Shown here piece by piece: positions 1 to 12,600 of a stretch of 41,903 bases of DNA (position 1 is its first letter; every line of letters begins with the position of its first letter). The position numbers and the translations under genes are program-made. Origin of the DNA: Balamuthia mandrillaris. Its lineage: Eukaryota. The notes beneath the pieces were generated by a model. The model was not told the DNA's origin and did not search any database. It saw nothing but the letters and a program-made list of their open reading frames with translations. The DNA lies in contig JAVKOQ020000061.1 of assembly GCA_031835245.2 (NCBI GenBank), forward strand, positions 186,001 through 227,903. Direction: 5' to 3'.

Positions 1-568
1 GCCTGTAGAAGTCAGCGAAGGACTACTCCCGAAGTTGAAGTTGAACGAAGGAACGGAAGAAGAGGAAGAAGAGGAGGAGCTGGTAAGTGAAGAAAAAGTT
101 CCAAAAAGGGAAGAGCCAGAGGATGCTGATGTGGAGAAGTTAAAATTGAAGAGAGAGGACGAGGTGGTGGCACCAGCGGAGGAGCTAGAAGAAGAGGAGG
201 CAGTGGAGAAATCAAAGTTGAAGAGAGGAGCAGTGGCGGGTTTGTCTTTCTTTGATTCTTTGTCCCCAGACTCCGTGGTGTTGGGTTTCCTGAAATTTAT
301 TGTTAGTGCCCCTCCCGCAAGCAAGACCAACAAACGAAAGAAGAACAAGTCATGGCCGTACATGCGTTTGGAAGTCTGGTCCTGCTCCTCATTTTCGTTG
401 TCCCCCGTGCTGGGTGCAGCGTCCTCCTGCTCCTTCACGTCCTCTTCAGCTCCCCTCTTTTTCGACGCTGAATAAATAAATGAAAGCACACCACAAACAT
501 GCTCCGTCAGTTTTTTAAAAAAAACACACTCCCACGCCCCCACCCCACCCCACCCCCCACGTACCCAT
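1..568 (-). CDS. FxF-repeat nuclear transport protein, Nup50/Nup2/RanBP3-like; 5' part only, runs off the left edge
   Basis: Hand-spliced with GT-AG introns: ATG-G (568-565), exon 467-362, exon 289-<1. Gives MASKKRGAEEDVKEQED...QTSKRMKPNTT...LFNFDFST...LFNFNFST...SFNFNFG: basic N-terminal clusters, then Ser-rich FxFxF repeats. A Ran-binding domain would be expected outside the window. Confidence 0.6.
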
Positions 569-1175
569 TATTGTTATTTTTTCGTTTGGTTCTTCTCTCG
601 CTACGCAAACCGTGAACTTCCAATTTCTCTCCTCCCTTCTCTTTCTTTTCTCCTCCTCCCGGAGCGAGCGAAGGGACAATTTTTTTTGGTTTGGGCGGGT
701 GCTTGGGGGTTCAGTTGCGGACATGATTTCCTTTTTTTGAGGGAAGCTGCTGGAATCGAGGTCACAACGAGAAGGATTTGGTTAATTTGTGGCGTCGACA
801 TTTTTCTTTTTTTCCTTCTTTTCTTTTCTCCGCTTCTTTTTTCTTCTTCGTTGTTGTTGTAGTTTGTTGCACTCTTCTTCCCCACCCTTCGGCAACGAGA
901 GCGGCTCGTTGAAAGCGCAAAAAAAAAAAAAAAAGAACGTGTAGCGGCATTCACGCAACGGCTCTTTCTCCTCCTCTTTTTATTTATTTATCTCGAAAGC
1001 TCTAGCGCTTCGCTTGAACACGCAAGTTTCTTAACAAAAAAAAAAGTATGTAAAAATTATGGTGCACCATTTGATGTTCCCGCTGCTTTTCACGATGACA
1101 CAGCTCCCCTCATTGCATTGACTTACCACTCTTCCATTTTGTTACAAAAAAAAACACAGAAGAAAAAATTAAAAG

Positions 1176-4100
1176 ATGGGTTCCATCGAGGAGTTCGAAA
1201 CGCTGATCACACAGCTTATGTCCCCCGACAACAACTTGCGAGGACAAGCTGAGGCTACGTTCAATAATGCCGTTAAACAAGCTCCGGACCAACTGATCCT
1301 GTCCCTTGTTCAGTTGCTCCGTTCGTCCGGCAACCAACACGTTAGTATTTTACAACAACACTTAGAAACAAAAGCAAAAACAAAAAACGTCCTTCATACT
1401 TTCCGCTAAACCAATCGCAAAATGTGTAGGTTCGTGAGCTTAGTTGCATCTTGTTGCGAAAGACCCTGATCGGGAAGGCGGAGGAGAGCAACAAGCAGGA
1501 GGGCTTCTTCTGGCACAAGCTTTCTGCCACTACCCGCCAGGCCACAATGAACGAGCTCTTGGCTGCCGTTCAACAGGAAGAGCTGCCTTCCGTGAGGAAG
1601 AAGCTGGCCGACGCTATTTCGGAGTTGGCCCTCTTCCTGTCGGCCTACTGCTCTGAGGAGAGCATTCCTATTCAGCAGCAATGGTCCCAGTTGCTGCCCA
1701 CTTTGTTCCAGCTTTCCCGCTCGGAGAACGATAACCACCGCAAGAGCGCTCTGGATATGTTCTCCAAACTGTGCCTTTACCTTGGAGATTCTCTGCGAAC
1801 CAACTTTGATGTGCTGAAGGAAGTGCTCGCTTCTGGCCTCAAGGACCATAGCCTCCAAGTCCGTCTCTCCGCGTTGGGAGCTTCTGTGAGCTTTGTTCAA
1901 CTTTTGGACTCGCCCCAGGAGCGCGATGAGTTCAAGGATTTCATCCCACTGATGTTCGAGGTACTATCTCCTTTTTTTTTGTTGCTTCGTTTGCCATTCG
2001 TTGACCCTTTTGCTTGTCTTGGCGTACAGATCGTAAGCGCTGGACTAAACGCACAAAAGGAGAAGGAGACGCTGGAGGCGTTGCAGATTTTGGTTGAACT
2101 TGCTGAAGTGGAACCCACCTTCCTTCGGCCACACTTGGCTACTGTTATCAATGCCATGCTTACCATTGCCAACACCTCTCAACTCGCCGATGGTACCACC
2201 TCTTCTTTTCGTTAACGATGGTTATGTTCAGTTGTTAAGCTGTTGCCTTTCTTTGCGTAGCCATTCGCCAGCTTGGCTTGGAGTTCTTGGTCACATTGGC
2301 TGAACAGCGCCCCGGCATGGTCCGCAAAATCCCTTCGTTTGTGCAGAATTTGATCCCTGTAGTTTTGAACTTCATGTTGGCCTTGGAAGACGACCCTGAA
2401 TGGGAAGAAAGCGAGGACGACGAAGATTCTGTGGAAGTGCGAACAAGCGAGGTTGGTGACGAGTGCATGGACCGCTTGGCTTTGGCGCTTGGTATGTTAT
2501 CTTTCACACCCCACCCTTGTGGGCATTTCGTTTATTCTTTGATATATCACTTACAATGCTGTTTCCATATGGTTAGGAGGAAAAACATTGACACCCATCC
2601 TGTTTAACCTTATCCCCAGCCTTCTGTCTCATGAGGACTGGAAGCACCGACACACTGGTCTTATGGCTATTTCCTTGGTAGGAGAAGGTTGTTCCCGGTT
2701 CCTAAAGCCTCACTTGGGAGAAGTTCTCGAGTACGTTTTCCTTTCAGATCTTTCACGTACCATCATTGCGCTCATATGTTGTTCTATACAGCCTCATCTT
2801 GCCCAAAGTCAGCGACCCACACCCCCGTGTCCGCTGGGCTGCCTGTAACACTATTGGTCAAATGTCTTCCGACTTTGGAGTGAGTTTTCCGTCTCTTATC
2901 TAATATTATTATTAATCTTTAAAGCTAACTGAACTCGCCATTCAGCCAACTATCCAGAGAAAGTTCCATGACAAGCTCATTCCTGCCTTGGTTCAGGTCA
3001 TGGAAGACAAGGACCACCCTAGGTAATTTCTCTGTCTATACTTTTTAAATATATGAAGTTCTCACCTTTACAATTGCATAGAGTGCAATCCCACGCGGCC
3101 TCTGCTGTCATCAACTTTTGCGAGCACTGCACCAGCCCTCTGTTGGAACCTTACCTTGATGGCCTTTTGGGCAAACTTGTGGGTTTGCTGCAAGGAGGAA
3201 AGAAGATTGTGCAAGAGCAAGCCATTACCGCCGTTGCTGCGATTGCTGATGTTGTAGAGGACAAATTCACACGGTATTACGATACCTTCATCCCGTTCCT
3301 CAAGAACATCTTGTTCAACGCTACAGGCAAGGAATTCCGGCTGCTGCGCGGCAAGGCGATGGAATGCATCAGTTTGATTGGTTCGTTTTTTTTTTCTCAA
3401 AAAAAAAATCACTCCTCTTTGCTGGGACTGACCTTTCCGTTTTACATAGGTGTGTCTGTTGGCAAAGAGAAGTTCAGCCCAGATGCTAGGGAGGTTATTG
3501 AGGTGATGTTGCAAATTCAACAGAAGCCTTTGGATGCCGATGATCCCCAAGTATCTTTCTTATTGCAGGCCTGGGCACGAATCTGCAAGGCTTTGGGTTC
3601 CGACTTTGTTCCTTACCTCCGCCACGTGATGCCCTCTTTGATGCACTCTGCCAAACTTGACCCCGAAGTTACTATTGTGGATGGTAACAAAACCTCTTCC
3701 CAGTAACCAGACGCAGATATTCTCTAATCATATTATTTTAATAGACGAAACGGAGCAAGAAGGCTTTGAGTACAGTTCCATTGGAGACAAGCGCATTGGC
3801 ATTAACACCTCTATCTTGGAGGAGAAAGCAACAGCCTGCAACATGATTTACCAATATGCCTCAGAACTGAAGGAGGGTTTCTTCCCCTATGTGGAGGAAG
3901 TTGCCACTGTCCTTATCCCTCTTATGAAGTTCTACTTCCACGATGGCGTGCGCAGCGCTGCTGTTTCCACAATGCCTTCTTTGCTGGTGTCTACCAAGGC
4001 CCACATCACTCAGTCTGGTGGAGACTTGTCCAACGTGGCAACACTCTTTGGCCATATCTTTAACGTTCTCACAGAATCCATTCAAGCCGAAATGGACTTG

Positions 4101-5604
4101 GACATACTTCTGTTGATGATTGAAACCCTCTACGAGGTAAGCAATTTTTCTCTTTCATTAACCAAAGACTATAGTGTAAGCTAAGATGCTAACCGTGACT
4201 TTGTGGTAGTGCGTGGAAGCTTGTGGAGATAACGTGATGACTGAGGAACAGATGTTGCGTGCTTGTGAAACAATCCTCAAAGAGATGCGTGAGAGGGATG
4301 CTAGAAAAGCGCAACGCTTTGGTACGTTTTCATGATTTTAAAGAAGGGTGCACAATGTAGGTAACATGAGTTTTACCCTGTTATATAGAGGAAAAACAGG
4401 GAGAAGACTTTGATGAGGAAGAGGCCGAAAGGTTGGTCATTGAAAACGAAAAAGAAGAAGAGGTGTTGGCAGAGGTATATATTGTTAAATCGTTTTTTTT
4501 TCTAATTTCTGCCCATTTGGCTTGCTCTAACCCTTTTTGTCTCTCTTCATGGAATAGCTTGCTGAACTGGTCGGAAAGATCGCTAAGACTCATAAGGCAT
4601 CCTTCCTTCGCGCTTTCTCTGAAGGACTGTTGCCTGCCATCCTTCCTATGCTGGTTCGTCCCTTTCTCTGCGCTCTTTCCTCTTGTTTAGCCTGCTAACC
4701 TTGTTGCTGTCATTGTCACTGTAGCAACCAACCCAACCTCCTCACGATCGTCAAGTCGCTATTTGCATGTTTGACGATGTGGCTGAGTTTGCGGAGAGTG
4801 CTGCTCTTCCATTGTACCAACACTTCCTTCCCGCCATGGTGGAGTACATCGGAGACACGAATCCTTCTGTACGCCAAGCTGCAGTCTATGGGATAGGCGT
4901 TTGTGCCCAATTCGGAGGCGAGCACATGCACAGCTTGATTCCTGGTCTCTATCCTACCTCTTCCCTTCTCTCGATTTAGCTCTATGCTCATATCTGTACA
5001 AAAGATATCGTTAAAAGGCTGAACGTGGTGATCTCTCACTCTGAGTCCCGCTCGGAAGATAATGTGAACGCCACCGAAAACGCCATTTCTGCCCTTGGCA
5101 AGATCATCCAATTCCAATCTGCCGCTATCAACGCGGAAGAGGTGCTTGCCCTCTGGCTTTCCTTCTTGCCTGTCAAGGAGGACAAGATCGAAGCCATCAT
5201 TATTTATAACCAACTTTGCACATTCATTGAATCGTACACATTCGCCTCTCTCCTCTCCTCTCCTCTCCTCTCCTCTCCTCTCCTCTCCTCTCTCTCCTCT
5301 CCTCTCCTCTCCTCTCCTCTCCTCTCCTCTCCTCTCCTCTCCTCTCCTCTCCTCTCCTCTCCTCTCTCTGACTGACCCAATAACAAACATCAGCAATGCC
5401 CAATTGGTATTTGGAGGAGAGTATCAGAACGCACCCAAGGTGATGATGATCTTTGCGTTCATCCTGGGAAGCGATCTGGTGGACGAGGCCCTCACCCAAA
5501 GGATCGTGAAGTTGCTGAAGGGCCTTCCCTCTCAGCTGGTGGAAGGCGCGGTGGCCACCCTCCCCGCCGAACAAAAGAGCAAACTTGCTTCGTTCCTCGC
5601 CTAA
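1176..5604 (+). CDS. IPO5: Importin-5 / karyopherin beta-3 (Pse1/Kap121 family), multi-exon
   Basis: Consecutive ORF fragments joined by short GT-AG introns: [80 protein letters not shown] at 5602-5604. Confidence 0.95.
5248..5368. repeat. (CTCCT)n pyrimidine microsatellite in the last importin-5 intron
   Basis: Visible pentamer run; explains the spurious EERRG and SPLLS ORFs. Confidence 0.95.
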
Positions 5605-5660
5605 AACGACTTTCTTTCACAAACTACAACAACAACGTTTTTGCTTTCTTTTATTTAAAA

Positions 5661-5663
<3 letters not shown>

Positions 5664-5693
<30 letters not shown>
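5664..5693. repeat. (CT)n microsatellite between the convergent IPO5 and COMMD10 ends
   Basis: Visible dinucleotide run. Confidence 0.9.
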
Positions 5694-5696
<3 letters not shown>

Positions 5697-5753
5697 TTTT
5701 GCTTCTCTCTGTTCCTCCTCTGTGGTGGTGGATGGGGGGGGGGAGTTGCCTGT

Positions 5754-6359
5754 CTATCCAAGAGCATCAAGCTGGTCTTGAATGGCATCCAGCTGAGAAA
5801 AGAATTGGGAGAGCTCATCGTGAGTGAACTCCAGCCGTATCTTCTCGTTGCGGGCCAAGTCCGAGTTGCGCAGGTTCAGCTGGAACAAGGCCACGGGTTG
5901 CTTAAGCCGCTCTGCCGCGGTGTGCTCGCTGTGGTTGATGGCGAGGTTGAGCTGCCAGTCCACGTCCTGCACGGTGGAGGGCACCACGGTGCGGTTGCGC
6001 AGCTCCTCCAAGAGGTTGTCTTTGTGTTGATCCCACACGCCGCCAAAGGCCTCTATCTTGGAGCGTTTGAGGGAGGCGGCTTTCAGCTCCTCGGCAAAGC
6101 GAGGGGTGGTGAGGGTGTGGTAGGCCGCTTGCTCCAGGAGAAGAGAGCAAGAGTCTATGACGGTGTGCAGTTCCTGAAGCGTCAGCTGAAGGGCCTTTTG
6201 AAGGGCTTCTTCCTCGGCGTCGGTGAAAGGGCTCCCCTCGCGCAGATGCAATTTCTGAGCTATCCGGTCCAAAAACAAGGGAAACCTCTTGTCATCTATT
6301 CCATTTATCAGCTGTATGGCGGCCTGAAACCTCTCGCTCAGGTTGAATAAGGAAGTCAT
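5754..6359 (-). CDS. COMMD10: COMM domain-containing protein 10, intronless
   Basis: MTSLFNLSERFQAAIQLINGIDDKRFPLFLDRIAQKLHL...LEQAAYH...VDWQLNL...LEFTHDELSQFFSQLDAIQDQLDALG matches the COMMD10 pattern end to end. Start placed at the internal ATG at 6359. Confidence 0.92.
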   Translation of the reverse strand: MTSLFNLSERFQAAIQLINGIDDKRFPLFLDRIAQKLHLREGSPFTDAEEEALQKALQLTLQELHTVIDSCSLLLEQAAYHTLTTPRFAEELKAASLKRSKIEAFGGVWDQHKDNLLEELRNRTVVPSTVQDVDWQLNLAINHSEHTAAERLKQPVALFQLNLRNSDLARNEKIRLEFTHDELSQFFSQLDAIQDQLDALG

Positions 6360-6603
6360 TCTCTCTCTCTCGAGGGGGGCGGTACAACAACCCAACACCT
6401 CCTCCTCTCCTCTTTCTTTCTTCGTTGCTCCTGGTTCTCGCGTCGTCCCGAAAAATACAGATATCCGATATTCATCCACAATTATCCAATGTTATATTGA
6501 TAATCTGAATAATCGATTACAAAAGGAAAAAATTGGAGTCACGGAGAGAGAGAGAGAGAAGAGCACATCGGGGAAGCGCAAGGCAGAAGCAGCGCCCAAC
6601 ACG

Positions 6604-6636
<33 letters not shown>
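6604..6636. repeat. (TGT)n microsatellite just upstream of APC1
   Basis: Visible trinucleotide run. Confidence 0.9.
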
Positions 6637-6638
<2 letters not shown>

Positions 6639-6650
6639 TTTGCATGAGCC

Positions 6651-9600
6651 ATGATGGAGCTAAAGGCGGCACGTGCAGCCTACACGCCCTTCTCCGTGGC
6701 AGAGCTGCCGTTTCGCAGCGTCACCCCGTTTCAGCCGTTCGGCCGCCGTCTAGCTGAAGAGGAGGAAGGAGAGGAGGCGCACGGCAGCGAGCTCGAGGCC
6801 TGTCGCAGCTGCTACCTTTTGGCCCCTTCCACCGCCGTTGCAGCAGCGGGGGCACAGCTGCACCAGGAGGGGCTGACTGAAAGCGAGGTCTATGCCTATT
6901 GTAGCGGTGGAGACGCGGCCACCGCCAGTACCAAAATAGTGTGGAGCAGCGGTGGTCGCGTCATAAACACTTGGGAGGTAGGCGGAGCTGCCGCCGCTAT
7001 CTCTTCTTTCTCCTCCCCTTCCTCTGCGCGCCAACATCAACCCTCACGCACCTTGAGCTGGGCTTCCTTTCCTTCTTCGTTGGCCAGCAGCGGCCTCCCT
7101 GATAGCTTCTCTTTTTCTTCTTCTTCGTCGTCGAGCTTCAACAGCATTGGCAGCACTTGGTGGAAGGAAGCAGTGGGTGGTGGGGCGTTGAGACAGCAGC
7201 GGCGACGACGCTACCTGTGCGTGTTGCAGGCGGTAGCTCGTACTTTGACGCTGTGTGAAACGAACGAAGGCATGGAGAGCACCAGCGGAAGCTCCGATAA
7301 AGTGCAACACATCCCTCTTCCTTTCCTTGCGAGCTCCTTGTGGCGGCTTCCGCTCGGGCTTCTCGTGCAGCGCGCCGTTTCTTCTTCGTCTTCTTTTTCC
7401 AATTCTGAATTTCCAACTGCAGAACAAATCACCGCAGAGGCAGTGCCTGGTCTGTTCTCGTTGTTGCATCCGTTGGAAGAATTGCGGCCGGTGCCAACCA
7501 CCACCTCTCCCTCTTCCTCTGATGTGGGCACCATCATCTACAGCAGCGAACGATGGCCGCTCATTGTCAGCCATCATCAGCAGCATCACCAGAACCACCA
7601 ATCGCCTACAGAGTGCGAGATGGAAGGACACAGCCTGTGGATTCTGTTGCCTGCCCAGCAGTCTCATCAGCCTACTTACACAACCGCTATCAACAGCAAA
7701 AAAGCGGAGCGAGATTTCGGCCTTTCCAACAGTAGCGCTGACCCTGTGTTGGAGCCTCAGCTAGCCCTTCATCGCCTCTTTGTGGCAGGGCAAGGAGAAG
7801 GAGGTAAGGAACCAAAAGGAAAAGCCTCCTCTGTATTTATCATGCCCGATGATGGACAAAGCGATGAAAACCACATGAAGGGTCTTCTCTGCCTTCTTAT
7901 CCCAACACTTTCACATCATTTACGAGGTGGCCACCAATCCAACAAAGCAGAGGAAGGGGCAAGCAGCATTTTGGAAGTTTATAGCTTCAGCATTACACTA
8001 AGCCCATCCTCCAGTCTTCCCTCCTCTAAATATTCATCAGTTCCGTCAGCAGTGGCAGTACCTCAGTGCCTCGTCAAGAAAGTCCACAGCCAGGCGGCGC
8101 TTGCGGCTATGCCCATAGAACGAAGAGCCTCCAACAGTTCCAGCGACCTAGTGATACTCCACACCAATGGAAGCATTGGAGTTTATCGTCAGCTTAAGCT
8201 CTTGTTCCACTGCTCTTTCTGCGTGCCATCACCATTGTCGATGCCACCTGCTCCAGTAGTTGGGCTTTGCGACGCAATTGGCTCCCGCCTCAACTTGTTG
8301 CTGGGCGACCGCAACCAGACGCGATTACGCGTGACGGTGCCGGAGGTAGCCTCAAGTCCGCTGGTTCTACGTTGCCTTGCCTTCCTCTGTTCAGCGATGC
8401 ACCAGGAAGATGCTTTCACACTGCTCCGCCTTTATTTGTGCCACAACCAACAACATAACAATGTTGCATCATCCCTTCCTGCAGAGATAACAGACGGAGA
8501 GGAGGAAGTAGAGTGGCGCTCCCTGTGTCACGTCCTTCATTTCATCTTTGAACGACAAGCCACTGAGCCATATCACTCGCCAGCACCACAACAACTATCT
8601 TCTTCTATTGGCTCAGACCATAGTGACGATGATGACGGCGATGACGATTGGCAGTATCTACTTGGTAGCAACGTTCATCAAAGACACTCTACTTCTTTTT
8701 CAGCTCTTGACAAACACTGCACAATACCCAATGTAACTCGCAGTCACTCTTCTTCATCTTCTCCGTCCACGTCAAGTTACTCGCTTCTGGAGGAAGAATG
8801 GAACAGCAAGGTGGTGTTATTCTCCACTAGCTGTTCCACCATTCTGTTTGCCTTACATTCCATCTACGAGGAATCCAAATTGAACATTCTACATTCCTCT
8901 TATGTACAACGGCTCGGTACTTTGCTGATGGAGTTGGCGCAACGTCTTGCATGGCTCAATTATTTGGAGCACTATCGTCGCGACTTGGGGCTCAATGTTG
9001 TGGATGGAGAAGGAGCAGCTTGCACAAGTTGTTCCTTAGCCTCGTGCGAGGAAGAACCCGCTAGCATTTATTCATGGCTCCATCGTCGCTTGCGAGGGGA
9101 GATAGGATTAAAACCATTTACCTTTGCGATTCAGCCCTACGAGCAAGGAGAAGCGACAGCCGTCCCCTTGGTTGATGCTTCGCGGGTTGGTGACACACAA
9201 CTAACTCGCAAAGTCTGTTTGTTCTATGATATCCTCTGTGGTGGAGATGGCCACCACTATGCCAATGCTCACCCTAACAACCGTGGAAAAGGTGAAACGA
9301 AAGAGGAAAAAGAGAAACGGAAAGAAGAAAGCACAGCACCGGCGAGTAAGCCTGTTGTTTCCTACAACAAACCGTCGGAACGGTGGCAGCGAGTAGTGCT
9401 AAGCATGGCCCACGAGGGCTTCACCCTGGAGCAGCTCAACAATCTACCATTTGGCGTGGCGGTTCCCCTGCGGGATGCTATTCAGCAGTGTCGTGCTGGC
9501 AACATACCCACAGGTTGGCCTGTTGCTGCGTATCATCTGTTGGGAAGGAACGATCTGGCACCTGGCTTTAATGCTTCTCTGGTTGAACAACTGCCATCCC

Positions 9601-12600
9601 CGCACGACGCACAAGGGAGCGATGACACAATACTTGAAAACACAGGAATTTCCTTCTCTACAGGAAGAAACAGGCCCGCCACTACCGCTACAGGCAGCGC
9701 TGCTCCAACGACAAGTGGTGAGCAAGACATGATGGGCAAGAGGAATGAGTGGGATGGCCTGGGTGCCATCCTTGATAATGAAGCATGCAGACTGCGATTT
9801 GGACGAGATCAGCGGTTGCGAGACGTACACAAGATGCTGGCTTCGTCATACCCTCGCCGCATCCACCTTCAGGCCAATCAAGCAGCTGGAGCAATGGGTA
9901 TGGCTGAGCATGAGATCGCAGCCGCACAACAAAAGCAATTGCTTCGAATGGCACATCGTACGCTGGCACTGGCAGTGGGGCGAGGCATGTTCACCCTGTC
10001 CAGCACTTCCTCTCACCTGCTGGTGGAGCCCCTTCCCATACCTCTCATCGTGTTGGATGGTAAGGCGGGAGAAAGAGGCAAAACCTTGACTGTCACACTG
10101 GAAGCTGGTTCGGTACCGCCAGAGGTCCTTCGCTGGCCTGAGTTTCACAATGGGGTAGCCACCGCTCTTCGCATTGCTCCCTCTTATCAAGTAGCAGACA
10201 TGGATGACGATGAGTTGGCTAGCAGCGCCGGTGCTGGTTTTTGGGATCAACGCCAAGTGACTAGCACCTGGATAGTCTACAACAAGCAACTGCAGGCAGC
10301 AGCGGGAGGAGGATCGGATAACAACATGAGCAATGGTCATGCGGGACTGCTGATGGGTCTAGGCTTGCAAGGCCACTTATCGTCTTTATCTCAGACCAAG
10401 GTCTTTGACTATCTCAGCAAAGGCCATGAGCTAACCAGTGTGGGTATACTGCTGGGTATGGCTGCCTCCAAAATCGGAACGATGGAGGCCTCGCTGGCAA
10501 AACTCCTCAGTATCCATGTGCCAGCGCTGCATCCGCCCAGTTCCAGTGACCTAGAGGTGCCGCCTAGCGTTCAAACAGCATCATTGCTCGCGCTCGGCCT
10601 CCTCTACCAAGGCACTCTCCACCGCCATATGTGTGAGATTCTTCTGCAAGAAATAGGGCGCAGCCCTTTGGCAAAGCCCCATCCCGATCATGGTGGAAGC
10701 AGCAGTGGTGCTGAGCGAGAAGGTTTGGCCTTGGCTGCGGGATTGGCTTTGGGGCTCGTGGGGCTGGCCCAAGGTGGCAATGGTGCTACTATGAAACCTG
10801 CTGGTCTCAGCGACATGTGCATCGAGGACACTCTGTTCTATTACATGGAAGGAGGGAGACAAGGCGGTAACACCAAGCGGCCTCTTTCTACTGCATCATC
10901 ACTCGATGGAGGAGGTGTCTCCGCTCTGCATGATTGGCTGGCTCCTGATGCGGATGATACAGCAGCGACTGAGGACAGCGTTACGATGATGATAACGGGC
11001 AATGGGGCTTCTGATAGATCTCTTCATGGCAACAGTAATAACAGCAAAAATAGCCTTGTCCTCTTGAGCAGTAGACGTCCTGTAGATGTGGACGCAACTG
11101 CAGCAGGCGCCATTCTGGCCCTAGCCCTCTTGTTCTTGAAAACAGAGCACCGAGTGGTAGCTCAGCGGCTTGCCCCGCCCACCACACCTTACTTGCTAGA
11201 TGGCATTCGACCCGATCTTCTCTTGCTGCGTGTGCTCGCTCGCAACCTTGTTCTGTGGCACTCCATACAACCCAATAAAGGTTGGATGGACTCTCAAATG
11301 CCACAGGTTGTCCTCCGTTTTGCGGCCAAGGAAGATGCAAAGAGGACTCGAGGCCCCATCTTTGTGGAGGAACAGGATGACGATGAAGACGTGACCTCAA
11401 GCAGCAACTATGCGTATGCGGACACGCTGCGTCAGGCGCATATTAACATATTAGCAGGGGCATGCCTATCGTTGGGCCTTCGCTTTGCCGGTTCTTCCGA
11501 TGGAGCAGCCTACGCTCTCTTGCTGGAACAGGTTGAATATATGCAGAAGCGCCTGCGGGTGGCTCCCGAGCAGGACTATCCTATGGTGGAAACCTGCCTC
11601 AACATGGCCACCCTCTCACTGAGTTTGGTAATGGCAGGAACGGGCCATCTGCCCACTCTTCGCCTGTTAAGATCGCAGCACCGCCGTGTACGCCCTCGTC
11701 ATCCTCATAATAGATCTCAACGACAGGAAGAGAACTTGACGGATCTGTTTTCACGCAACGGCAGCAGGGAGGCGGTATCATACGGCACTCATATGGCTAC
11801 AAATATGGCATTGGGTTTGCTATTTCTGGGAGGGGGTAGATACAGCCTTGGCACTCAAAACCATCAGATAGCAGCGCTGGTATGCGCTCTCTACCCTCGC
11901 TTCCCTCTGGATTGCCAAGACAATAGATACCATCTTCAAGCCTTCAGGCACCTCTACGTCCTTGCCTGCGAGGAACGCTGCGTGCAAGCTGTGGATGTAG
12001 AGACAAGGCAGCAATGCTATGTCCCAATCAGAGTGGACCTTATGACCAGTTCTGCTCGCAAAGGAAGCAGCCTAGACCTCACTGCACCTTGCCTCCTTCC
12101 TGAGTTCCGTTTCATTCAGCGCATGTCCATTGCCAGCCCTCGTTATTGGAGCTACAACATCGTTTTGGCCCCCTCACCAGGTGATGACGACACTAGACAT
12201 TCTTCTGCTCAGGCCAAGACGTTGCTTCGCCATCGTATCATCTTTGTCAAGCGCAAAACAGGTTTTCTGTCATACTCTCAAGACCCAGCTGGCCTTCGTA
12301 GCATTCTATGCCGTCCCTTCCCCCAGTATCAGCACCACCTTCAAAATCCTGCCTGCCATTTATTCCAACAAAAACAACGCCCATCTGCGATGAGTGCCGC
12401 GTGGAAGCAACAAAATCGCCTTCTTTTCATCAAGTCGTTCTCACAGGACCCCAACATACTTGCCTTTGCCAACCATTTTGCTCTGCCACAATCATGTGCA
12501 AACCCCACTGGTGCTTCAACCTCTCCATTCACCCAACTGCACAACGAAGAAGCTGCCAACTTCCTCGCCTCCTTCTGTACTGCAGCACTTTATGAATGCC

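Noticed and set aside
35..475. 146-aa Glu-rich plus-strand ORF
   Set aside because: Antisense shadow of the Ser/Phe-rich spliced gene on the minus strand; no ATG start.
4716..5574. EERRG and SPLLS repeat proteins
   Set aside because: Translations of the intronic (CTCCT)n microsatellite.
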